A DNA stretch of 64,000 bases, from positions 64,177,023 through 64,241,022 of the forward strand of contig NC_068990.1 in NCBI RefSeq assembly GCF_001194135.2. The letters run 5' to 3'. A program made the position numbers and the translations under genes. Below the pieces are notes generated by a model. That model did no database searches, was not told the DNA's origin, and saw only the letters and a list, made by a program, of their open reading frames with translations. Position 1 is the first letter of the stretch, and each line of letters starts with the position of its first letter. This document shows positions 51,441-63,076 of this stretch, piece by piece. The DNA comes from Octopus bimaculoides. Its lineage: Eukaryota.

Positions 51441-52020
51441 TTCAATTCTGCTTTTTTGGGGACTTCTGGAGTCTTGCTTACATAGCAGGCTTGTTGCCTG
51501 CAGCCTACGGTTCCATGCTATCTGTTCTTTTCAACTATCTAATACTTTCCTGATTATTTTGGCCAAGTCAAGGAAGCAAAACTTCTGTAACAGCTCTACT
51601 GGGCACTTTATTCTGATTTCCTTTATATTTCTTTTGATGCCTTCTGATACTATCCCTAAGGACCTAACAGTAATTGTCACTAGCTTTACCTTCTTCAAAT
51701 TCCATAGTCAGGCTATTTCGTACTTAAGTGGATTGTATATGTTTATTTTTTCACCTTGATCTAAGGAGGCATGCAACATCAATTATAGAACACATGTAGT
51801 TCACTCTGTCCACTACCATAGAAGAAAATACAGGAAGATCAGTTAATTATGATTTTATTCAACATATTCTCCTCTCAGATTCACACACTTATTGCAGCGA
51901 TCCTTCAGTTTTGCTAAGCCCTGTAAAAGAGCTTGGAAGGTTGGGCCTCTAACCAGGCCTTTTGAAATACCCTTAAAGCCAGAAACTTTTCAGCACCTCC
52001 TTCTAAATGTGACTGAAAGA

Positions 52021-52073
<53 letters not shown>

Positions 52074-52449
52074 TATTATTATTATTATTTTACATCAAAA
52101 TTTCTTTAAATTCACCCAGGATACCTTCATTTTCAAATCTAATAAATGGCTTTCCTCCCTTTACACAGAATAAATTAGGGTAATTATTGTCACCTGTATC
52201 AACATTCTGTAATCTTCTCATTTAATGTCATCAAGTAGCTTTAATCAGCAGATTATCACTGATACCCTATAAAAAGATGGCAGCTTATCATTAATACTAT
52301 TAATCTATTCAACTTTAGTTCTAACATGCTACTAAATGTATAATTTACAGACCAGCAGATCTGAATTGAAATCTCATTTGTATAATCATATAAAATGTTC
52401 TAGCTCTGGATCATTTATTCTCTGGTTGAACTGGCTCAGATTTGCTTAA

Positions 52450-52669
52450 CTCTTTAGCATTAAATCCAGCCATATCTGGCCCAAATATTCTACCTGTTTT
52501 ATGTTAAAACTGACCAGATCCAATCTCTCACACCTACCCTACAACGTCATTCTAAAAATATACAAACACACCATTGAAATCTTGATGTTACAAGATAATG
52601 CATGATTAATTCAAAACAATGTGAATAAATAAGCATTTCATTTGACAAAGAAATCTGAATGCTAAAGTG
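52450..52669. mobile_element. piggyBac-type MITE
   Basis: TTAA TSD (52446-52449 / 52670-52673); TIR c.ctttagcatt. Confidence 0.78.
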
Positions 52670-52791
52670 TTAATTTGATCATGCTACTCATTAGGACCCC
52701 ACACAGTGCTTAGTTGATCAGCAGAGCAACATCTTGTGTCTGCACAAAGCTGGTCAACATAGCTTTCTGTTAATTCTTTCAGTCACATTTA

Positions 52792-53008
52792 GAAGGAGGT
52801 GCTGAAAAGTTTCTGGCTTTAAGGGTATTTCAAAAGGCCTGGTTAGAGGCCCAACCTTCCAAGCTCTTTTACAGGGCTTAGCAAAACTGAAGGATCGCTG
52901 CAATAAGTGTGTGAATCTGAGAGGAGAATATGTTGAATAAAATCATAATTAACTGATCTTCCTGTATTTTCTTCTACCCCAAGCCAGGAACTTTCCAGCA
53001 CCCCCTTG
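52792..53008 (+). mobile_element. Mariner-derived MITE retaining the transposase C-terminal tip
   Basis: TA-flanked TIRs gaaggaggtgctgaaaagtttctggctt / aagccaggaactttccagcaccccct(t)g; internal KCVNLRGEYVE*. Confidence 0.8.
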
Positions 53009-54111
53009 TATATCCTGATTGTTAAAACCAAATCATTCTTTATATGAGTTAGAATTAAAATATCAACAAAGGAACTTGTCTTCTCTGACTTTTTTGATGA
53101 AAATAGAAACAATTGCTTTTAGTTTCTTTGGAAAAAATTTTGTTGGTCATTTGAATTACATAATTTATGCAGAGTTTCATGTACACTATAGGCTGACTAC
53201 ATGGTAGGTATATATCACAAGAACATTAACTTTCATATCCTCATTAAACTGGCTTCACATTTTACTATTTATGGTTCATTAAATAGTTAGCAGTGACTAT
53301 AATGAGAAATAAAAACCTGTTTTGGGGCCTATTACCATAAGCAACCAATATCACTGGTATAAATTATGAATAGGACTGTTCAAATAAGTGCTCCGCTTTG
53401 AAATCAGTCCATAATCTGTGGTTTTCTTTTACAACCTCAGGCATCCCCACTGTTACAGAGAAAAAGTCTGATGTGGAATTTTCTAATTGAAAACCTATTT
53501 TCCCATTGACTCCCATGTTATGCAGTATGGAGATATGTGAAAAAATAGACCTTGAATTGCAAGTTATAGCAAGATTTTTATGAATGCGTTTTTTTTTTTT
53601 TTGTTATAATGTTGAAGGTCATACTTTAGTGCCTCTAGTAGAACAGTCACGTTTACATTTAGTTCTTTCCTTTGCCTCTAAAAGACAAAGGCCAGTGATA
53701 ACCTCCGTTTATCAGGTGAAAATTCATACTTTTCATAGTAACATTTGTGCTTACACTTAGTCAAACATCAAAATGAAGTTTAGACATACTTCATAAACAG
53801 ATTGGCCCTTTTCAAAGCAAGTATTTAATAAGTTATTCTATGTTAATTCTCAAAAATGAGGTTCTGAGTTATTGTAATTGCTATAAAACGTTATTTGTAA
53901 GTTTTGCAAAGTAACGGTAATATGTAGTAACGATCATTTAATCTATTCTAATTCCAGACTAAAACAGCACAATGTTGACTTCTTGAAAAAGGGTGTTATG
54001 TGCACATAATATTAGGCTTGTGAATTATTCAATTAATTGAATTTATAATTTTATTTTGAACAGTGTGCAAATGTTATTTATAGTTTTTGTAATATTATAA
54101 TTATATGTTGG

Positions 54112-54320
54112 TCAGAGAGCTGACAGAATCATTAGCAGGCCAGGCAAAATGCTTTGTTGAATTTCATGTATTCACATTCTGAGTTCAAATTCCACCAAGG
54201 TTGACTTTGCCTTTCACTCTTTTGAGGGTCAATAAATTTAGTACCAGTTGAACATTGGGGTCAATGTAATTGACTCATCTCCTCCCCTATAATTGCTGGC
54301 TCTGTGAAAATTTGATATCA
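54112..54320 (+). mobile_element. SINE family A
   Basis: gagagctgacagaatcattagc...gagttcaaattccacc. Confidence 0.75.
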
Positions 54321-54856
54321 ATGTTATAATTATGTCTTCTTCTAGAAATTTTACATCTTTCTTTTATTGTACCTAAGATGAGATTTATTTTCACATTTAT
54401 ACAGATAAATCACTCCCTTCAGAAAAAAAAATCCTCATAATTTTAAAGTTTAGATTGTTACAATTTGTCAATGAAATTTGTCTTGAATGCAAAGTTTTGT
54501 ATTTGTGTGAAGCTGTGTCCTTTCATTGTAAACTCACTTTCTCTTTCTTCTTTTGGTCTAGCAGTCTTTGAAGATTTCTTGGTTCTCACAGATTAGTAAC
54601 ACATTCCTTGATCCCCCATTAAGTTCTTTGGTTATAACCACTTTAGTTGCTTTTGCTGGTTCTCTTTTCAGTATGCATAAGTGTTTACGTGTAGTTCAGT
54701 TTAATAAACTTACCAGCCAAACACACTTTCCTTTCTCTCTCTTCTTCTTCTTCACACTCTCTTTCTTCCTCTCTTTCTTTCTCTCTCTCTCTCCCTCTCT
54801 CTGTCTCTCTCTCTCTATATATATATATACAGAGAGAGAGAGAGAGTGTGTGTGTG

Positions 54857-55000
54857 TTCTTTTACAGGGCTTAGAAAAACTGAAGGACTGCTGCAATAAG
54901 TGTGTGAATCTGAGAGGGGAATATGTTGAATAAAATCATAATTAAGTGATCCTCCCGTATTTTTTTTTACCCAAAGCCAAGGACTTTTCAACACCCTCTC

Positions 55001-55001
<1 letters not shown>
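54857..55001 (+). mobile_element. 3' half of the same mariner MITE family, diverged
   Basis: LLQGLEKLKDCCNKCVNLRGEYVE* and right TIR. Confidence 0.75.
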
Positions 55002-55033
<32 letters not shown>

Positions 55034-55138
55034 GATAGATAGATAGATAGATAGATATGGATATATATATATATATATATATATGTAAGTATGTAATATT
55101 GTGACTCTCTCTGTTACCTTTTTTTCTTTGTGATTTAG

Positions 55139-55422
55139 GTGTATACATTCATGGATTATATCTTGATGGAGCTGGCTGGGATCGCCGTCAGTGCCGCCTA
55201 GCAGAACCAACAGCTAAAGTTCTTTACACACCCCTGCCAGTTGTACATGTGTTTGCCATCAATTCAGACCGCCCAAGAGGTATGATATTATATGAGTGCC
55301 CAGTGTACAAGAAGCCATGTCGTACAGACCTGTCATACATCTTCCCTTTGCTCCTGAAAACCAACAAGGACCCTGATCACTGGATTCTCAGAGGAGTGGC
55401 TCTGCTCTGTGACATCAAGTAG
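55139..55422 (+). CDS. DNAH5: Terminal dynein heavy chain exon (GVYIHGLYLDGAGWD...YECPVYKKP...HWILRGVALLCDIK*)
   Basis: Acceptor tttttctttgtgatttag; TAG at 55420-55422; canonical axonemal dynein C-terminus. Confidence 0.96.
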
Positions 55423-55539
55423 AATGATATCAAATGAATGTGGAGAATTAATAAGGGTCATTGCAATGATTTGGGTTACTTTCAGGGATGAAATCATTGG
55501 ATCACATTGGCGCAGTAATCCAAAGATGATGTACCCGGT

Positions 55540-55627
55540 ATTAAAATGAGACAATCATTTTCAGACCCTCATACACAAATCACACACATTGACATAAATA
55601 TATGTGTATGCAAGCACACACACATAC

Positions 55628-55670
<43 letters not shown>

Positions 55671-55767
55671 CATATAAACATACATATATGCACGCATGTG
55701 TATCAGTATATAGGTCTATACTTAAATGTATGAAATATATGCTTGGACACATACATGCAAAAATAAA
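55540..55767 (+). promoter_or_regulatory. Candidate polyadenylation signals (ATTAAA 55540-55545; AATAAA 55762-55767)
   Basis: Hexamer matches downstream of the stop codon; usage not provable from sequence. Confidence 0.35.
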
Positions 55768-56061
55768 TAGGAATACATATGAATACATTTTCTCTTGCTC
55801 TTTTTTACTCTTTTACTTTCAGACATTGGTATGTGGCCACACTGGGGCACTGCATTCAAAGGTTTTAGCAACAGATCCTTATACTTATTTCAGCTTGATA
55901 CTTATTTTATCAATCTTCAATAGTCAAACCCCTATGTTGTGGGGCATTAAGGAACTCAACATAAAGACCCACCCATACACACACACACATGCACATGTGT
56001 ATGTGTGTGTCTGCCTGTATCCGTGTGTATGTATGTGTGTGTGTATACACACAAACACACG

Positions 56062-56102
<41 letters not shown>

Positions 56103-56304
56103 TGTGGCCTTTTTCAGAGTGTCCATCAGCCAAATTCCAATGACAAGGTATTGGAAAATCCCATGTGGCTACAGTAGAAGACACTTAGCCAAAGTTGCAT
56201 ACCAGGGACTTGTACGTTGAACCACATAGTAGGGAAATGATCTTCTTAACCATATACCCATACCTGTCTATTTACATCATTCACACACACACACACACAC
56301 ATAT

Positions 56305-56770
56305 GGCGCAGGTATGGTTGTGTGGTAAGAAGCCTGCTTCTCAACCGCATAGTTTTGGGTTCAGTCCCACTGTGTGGCACCTTGGGCAAGTGTCTTCTAC
56401 CATTGCCTCAGGCTGACCAAAGCCTTGTAAGCAGATTTGGTTGACAGAAACTGAAAGAATCTGATCGTATATATATATATAGAGAGAGAGAGAGATAGAT
56501 AGATATAGATATGTATATATATGTATGTATGTATATGTATATATCTATGTATGTGAACCTTTCTGTCCATATTTGTCGTCACTTCACCACTTGACAACTG
56601 GTGTTGGTGTATTAACGTCCCCATAACCTAGCAGTTTGGCAAAAGAGACTGATAGAATAAGTACCAGGCTTTAAAAAAATAAGTCCAAGGGTCAATCTGC
56701 TTGACTAATACCCTTCAAGGCAGTGCTCCAGCATGGCCACAGTCAAATGACTGAAACAAGTAAAATAGTA
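56305..56770 (+). mobile_element. SINE family B with internal microsatellite
   Basis: ggcgcaggtatggttgtgtggtaagaag...ggcaccttgggcaagtgtcttc...gaaacaagtaaaa. Confidence 0.82.
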
Positions 56771-56787
56771 AATGTATAAAGAATATG

Positions 56788-56820
<33 letters not shown>

Positions 56821-58844
56821 TTGTGTGTGTGTGTGTGTGCACGCACTCACACATTCACATGCACACACACACATGCACACACACACATGCATACAGTACG
56901 ATTTATAGAAAATATAAATGTTCTCAAACAAACATTTAAAAGATTTCAGAATCATAACATTGACATATAAATGTCCTCATTTTAAAATATTTTATACATA
57001 TCTACAAATGTATGCAACTGTGTATGAATGTGTCTGTTTTACACAAATTTCTCTATCTCCAAACCATGACGCCATAAGTTTCTATGTACAATTTACTGCA
57101 GATAACTAATGAATAAAAATGTCATTGAAATTATAAAAGTCACTCAAAGTTGTACAGTTTTACTTCACAAGATTACTGCTGCCATTCCATACAATCTTGT
57201 CAGTTTGAAGTAATATTTTAATTATTACCTCCAAATCTGAACAAGGAATCTCTAGAAATAACCAATATATGTACTTCTACTTTATCGTTTTTTTTTTTTT
57301 TTGTTCTAAGTATTGTTCTCTGTTTTGTGGTCGTTATAGCAATATGTGTTGTTGTTACTGCTACCGATGTTGTAGTTATCAATGTTGTTGTTGTTGCTAT
57401 TAACTATAACTGCTGTGATACAACAGCATTATGACTGAGTGTATTAGTCAATAAAATGTTTAGAACCAATATTGTAGATTACTATGGTTGCTGTTCAACA
57501 TACAGGCTTCTTGTATCAGATATGGTAAAATAGGTAGCTGTTACCAATTCATATTTAACAAACATGAAGAAATAAGCTAGAAAAACAAATACATATATTT
57601 AGGTGTACCTTGGTATAGAGCTCAGAATTGTAAAATACTAAATAATCTATAGTGTGCTGATACCCTGAACTCTTGAATTTGTGTTGGTTAACTCTTTTGA
57701 TACCTGCCCACCTGAAATTTCCTGGTTCTATGTTAAAAAGTTTATTCTAAAGTGAGCAAAAATAAGACCTTCCATAATAATGACTAAGTTATTTTACTAA
57801 ATTCTTCATCAATTTCATAATTAATTGTAACAAAAGCATTGTATTTCAGCAAAAAATTAGTAACAAAATGATTGAATGTAAACATTTAGTGAGCATGCAA
57901 AACCAAGTTCTAATTCTAGAAAGTTTTGAAATGGTGATCACACATATCAAGCCTTAAGTTCTATTGCAGTATGGAATAATGTATCAGTCTTGTAGCTATG
58001 AAGTTTTAACTTTCATGAATATTTTCTGTGATTAGAAGCAGCTAAAATAAATTTGGTTGGAGTATGGCTGTATAGCATGCTCTCTGTGGATCATTAAACA
58101 GCATTTGGTTTAAAACTCAATCATCATAAAATATTTTCTCTACATTGAGACTGTCTGACACTATTTAACAAAATGCAATTCTAATGACAGCATGTGAACT
58201 TAAAACATTTATGTCTGGAAGCATTCTTCAAGTTTAGTTGTTGTTTAACCAGCAGATCAGCCCAGATCCATTAGACTCATGAATGAAGGTATTCCAGCCA
58301 GAAATAACTTGTCTGTTCCTTTTTTCTCAGGTGAAGCATATTAAGGGCGACATTATCCAACAGATCCACAGATCCTTTTTTTTTTTTTAAGATTAGTAGT
58401 ATATAATTTGAGGAACATTTTTTTAAAATCCTTTTGTGAGGAGAGAAAGACAGTGCCAATGACCCTGTACATGACCTCTGAGACTAGGTGGATAAAAAAT
58501 AGGAAGTTATCCTCAAACCAGTAACTTACCCAAATGCTTGGAACAAAGGATAGTCCACTACAGGTATGCATGGAGTCAGGTGGTAGTCTTAAACTGGATG
58601 ATAGATTAAATCTACCATCAAAGTAGGCTGTAGAGAGATTTTAGATTAGAACGCAAGAAGCAGAACAAATACCACTAGGTACCCAGTCTATTGTTCTTAA
58701 ATGTCTTCCGATCCATTACCCAGAACAGACAATTTGGTGAGGGTTTGCAACAGGAAGAGCATTTAACAGCATTCTATCAAAACTATGCAAATAAAGAGAA
58801 GTGGGCATAAAAACAATGATGATGAGGATTATACATATATATAT

Positions 58845-60048
58845 CATCATTATCATCATCATCAACATCTTTTAATGTCCCCTTTCCATGCTGGCATGGG
58901 TTGGATGGTTTGACTGAGGACTGGCAAGCCAGGAGGTTGCCCCAGGTTCCAATCTGATCTGGCAAGCTTTCTACAGCTGGATACCTTTCCTAATGCCAAT
59001 CATTCGAAGAGTGTAGTGGGTGCTTTTTATGTGCTACTGGCATGGGGGCCAGTCAGGCAGTACTGGCATCGACCAAACTTGAATGGTGCTTTTTACATCC
59101 CACCGGCACAGGACCAGTCAGGCAGCACTGGCATTTACTATGCTCATATGGTGCTTTTTACATGCTACCAGCACAGGAACCAGTTCAGTGGGACTGGCAT
59201 CGACCACACTCGAATAGTACTTTTTACATGCCACCAGCATGGGTGCCAGTCAGGCAGTACTGGCATCAGCCACGACAATGATTTCACTTGACTCAACAGG
59301 TCTTCTCAAGCACAGCTTATCTCCAAAGGTCTCGGTCTCCTGTCATTGCCTCTGTGAGGCCCAATGTTCAAAGGTCATGCTTCACCACCTCATCCCAGGT
59401 CTACCTCTTCTACAGGTTCCCTCCACTGTTAGGGTGTGACACTCATCACACAGTTGTCCTCAGCCATATGCAACATGTGACCATACCAGTGCAGTCCTCT
59501 CTCTTGCACACCACATCTGATGCTTCTTATGTCCAACTTTGCTTTCAGGGCACCTACACTCTGTTGTGTATGTACACTGACATTACACATCCAATGGAGC
59601 ATACTAGCTTCATTTCTTGCAAGCTTACACATGTCCTCAGAAGTCACAGCCCATGTTTCACTGCCATGTAGCACAGCTGTTTGCACACATGCATCAAACA
59701 ATCTACCTTTCACTCTGAGTGAGAGACCCTTTGTTACAAGCAGAGGTAGGAGCTCTCTGAACTTTGCCCAGGTATTCTTATTCTAGCAGCTACATTCTCA
59801 GAGCATTTACCCCAACTACTGATTTGGTCACCTAGGTAACGGAAGCTATCAACTACTTCTATTTTCTCACCCTGATATGTGACGGAAGCTATTTTCTGCA
59901 CATTTTCAGTGTTTATTGCCCCTGTGCATCTTCCACACACAAAAACTATCTTCCCAATTAGCCTTCCTTTGATATTACTGCACCTCTTGTGTGTCCAAAG
60001 CTTACATTGGGTAGATCTTATGGAGTTTCTACCTACGCCTTTTCTATA
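58845..60048 (-). mobile_element. 5'-truncated RTE-LINE (PHD-like finger, thumb, C-terminus, 66-bp UTR array, (GAT)n tail)
   Basis: ORFs 59734-60135 (EVVDSFRYLGD..AARIR) and 59429-59713 (LHGSETW..MLHWMC..LHWYGH); four 66-bp units at ~59030-59270. Confidence 0.88.
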
Positions 60049-60063
60049 CACACACACACACAT

Positions 60064-60112
<49 letters not shown>

Positions 60113-60237
60113 TATTCATACACACACACACACATACATATATATGATATAGGTAGTTAGGGTAAATCCTAGGTGTTTCCTCTTGAAGCACATCTGCTTG
60201 TTCCATTATTACAATCCAATATGTGGTCTCAGTTATA

Positions 60238-60480
60238 TCATCATCATCATCCTTTAATGTTTGTTTTCCATGCTGGCATGGGTTGAACGGTTTGACCTGA
60301 GCTGGCAAGCCGTAGGGTTGCATCAAGTTTCAGTCTGATTTGGCTTGGTTTCCATAGCTGAATGCCCTTCTTAACACCAACCACTTTGCAGTGTGTGCTG
60401 GGAACTTTTAATGTGACCCACTCAAGCACTGTTATGTGTCACCAGCATGAATGCTTTTTACATAGCACCAGCACAGGACT
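60238..60480 (-). mobile_element. RTE-LINE 3' tail
   Basis: Reverse complement of the tail with (ATC)n. Confidence 0.72.
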
Positions 60481-60563
60481 CTTCCAGACTAATCCTCTCC
60501 ATCAGGGGATGCGGTGTTAACACTTTCACCATGGAAGACAGGTCTTCTTGAGTATATACATAT

Positions 60564-60614
<51 letters not shown>

Positions 60615-60680
60615 AATTTACTTTCCGCAATGAGATAAAAGACCAAGGCTGTGTATAATATAGAACATTTATATATAGAA

Positions 60681-60730
60681 TGTCTTACAGCTGTTTCCAG
60701 GATATTCATTATATCCCTTCATCAGAGACA
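60681..60730 (-). ncRNA. Minimal type-I hammerhead ribozyme motif, core intact (Penelope-like terminal-repeat type)
   Basis: Minus strand: UGUCU-CUGAUGA-A-GGGAUAU(aauga)AUAUCCU-G-GAAAC-AGCU-GUA^AGACA. Stem I 5 bp, stem II 7 bp, palindromic ACAGCUGU stem III, GUA cleavage triplet. Confidence 0.8.
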
Positions 60731-61785
60731 GTGTGACAGGATGATTAAGCAATAGTTAGTTTATATATATATATATATTATATATATATATATATATATA
60801 CACATACACATACACACACATACACATATCTATATGCTTGTATGTATATATACACATACACTCACATACCCACATATGTATACACTGGGAATAAAAATCC
60901 AATGAAGGAGAATTATTAAGAAAAAAAACTGGAAGCAATTTGATGTATTTCTAAAACAAACTTCTTTCTCATTCTCCCAGCAGCTGAGGCAAAGTTGAAT
61001 GAGCAAAACTGATGAATGGTAAAGGTTGAGGGAAGTGAAAACACAAAAGATAGATTATCTGAAGATCTCTTTTCCATGTATGTCAGAATTATCTCTGAGA
61101 AGCAGAAGCATCAGCACTGACTGCTGAAGATCAGTTATCTCAACTAGCAGACTTCATCACATGGTGATGGTGGTGGTTGTGGTGGGGAGGAGGATGCCAC
61201 CCTCCATCAACTTGGCTACAAGCACACTTGTAATATATATTGTCTCGTCTCACCTTCTATCACTCTAACCTCTCACACCACCAGAACTAATCACCTGATA
61301 TTGTCTATTGTATTCAACTTGTTTCGCCTATATTTGTTGTGTTTTTGGATAAAGAAATGAAGAAGTTTCAAGTAAAATTCAATAAGATAGAACTGTGTAT
61401 ATTTTTCATTTATTACCATTGTTGTTTTTGTTGTTGTTGTTGTTGTTGTAACATGCATACATATATATATATATATGTGTGCTTATACACCTTTACACAT
61501 ATTGTATACACACACACACATGCACACATACACACATATATATATATATGCACAAATATGCTGGATGACAAAGATGACTACGAGGACAACAACGACAACG
61601 ACGACAACGATGATGATGATGATGATGGGGTGATTGTGGTGGTGGCAGTAGTGGCAGTGGTGGTGCTGGCAACTTCCTTGCTTACAAGTTTGAAATATAA
61701 GAGTATTTGTTTATATATTACTGCAGGGAAAACTGTCTATGTACGAGCATATTCATCATACATACAAACAGACATAAAGACATAC

Positions 61786-61844
<59 letters not shown>

Positions 61845-62182
61845 NNNNNNNNNNNNNNNNNNNNNNNNNNNNNNNNNNNNNNNNNNNNNNNNNNNNNNNN
61901 NNNNNNNNNNNNNNNNNNNNNNNNNNNNNNNNNNNNNNNNNNNNNNNNNNNNNNNNNNNNNNNNNNNNNNNNNNNNNNNNNNNNNNNNNNNNNNNNNNNN
62001 NNNNNNNNNNNNNNNNNNNNNNNNNNNNNNNNNNNNNNNNNNNNNNNNNNNNNNNNNNNNNNNNNNNNNNNNNNNNNNNNNNNNNNNNNNNNNNNNNNNN
62101 NNNNNNNNNNNNNNNNNNNNNNNNNNNNNNNNNNNNNNNNNNNNNNNNNNNNNNNNNNNNNNNNNNNNNNNNNNNNNNNNNN
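61845..62182. other. Assembly gap (338 N) following (TA)n
   Basis: N run. Confidence 1.
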
Positions 62183-62351
62183 ATATAGAAACTCTTATTG
62201 ATTTCTGCTATTTATTATTCCATATTGTTTTAAAACTGAAGAAGCGTCTTTGTTTGTGTGAGCATATATATTTATATATATATGTATACAGGCACACACA
62301 TATAAATATATATATATATATATATAGATATGTATTTATATATATGTGTTT

Positions 62352-62414
<63 letters not shown>

Positions 62415-63076
62415 TCATATATATACATATGTATGTATGTATATATGTGTGTGTGTGTGTATGTAGAAATGTGCGTTTGTTTGTTGTTAACCTGTTAAAC
62501 AGAGTGCTCACTCAATGCTTGTAATAAATTTCTAAAGTTTGTTTTCCACCCATGTGTGTGTGTGTGTGTGTTGTTTGTAGCTTGTTATGTAATGAAAACC
62601 ATACGCTGGTTTCATGTAAGTACCTCGATAGTTACTAGTCATCCTCAGTTAATGTAAATCATGATCATCATCTTTATCACTTTAACGTCCACTTCTTCAT
62701 GGCAGCATGAGTCAGATGAATTCACTGAAGCAGATTGTGGCTGGATGACCTTTCTGTTGCCTGCCATCACCTGTTTCTAAATGTGGTAATGATCTCCTAC
62801 TCAATTAAAATAATGAATAAACTAGTACATAGTTACAAGACTTTTTTTTTTTTGTTATTTACAATGATCATACAACATGTCAAGAAGCCAGACATATTTT
62901 CATGGTTGACTGCAAACATATGACACTACCTGTATTTGATAGCAAGGATGTTGTTACTTACTATCAGCAAACACACACAAGACAAAGAAAAAATATGAAA
63001 TCACTCACTCTAATAGATGGGAGTTGTGTGTGTGTGTGTGTATAGATAATAATAATAATGATAATAATAATAATAA

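Larger units (their letters stand above)
1766..55422 (+). other. DNAH5: 3' part of multi-exon axonemal dynein heavy chain gene, DNAH5/DNAH8 (outer-arm gamma-type) family; 5' part lies upstream of the window
   Basis: Seven exons sum to 1173 nt (390 aa + TAG) with consistent phases (1,2,0,0,0,1). The spliced peptide follows the remembered DNAH5/8 C-terminus (YGGRVTDD, FGLHxNADITYQ, [37 protein letters not shown]). DNAH5 vs DNAH8 cannot be resolved here. Confidence 0.9.

Noticed and set aside
21-62524. Many ORFs rich in YI, CV, HT, poly-M/V/D/H/S
   Set aside because: Translations of (TA)n, (TG)n, (GAT)n and similar microsatellites; no coding evidence
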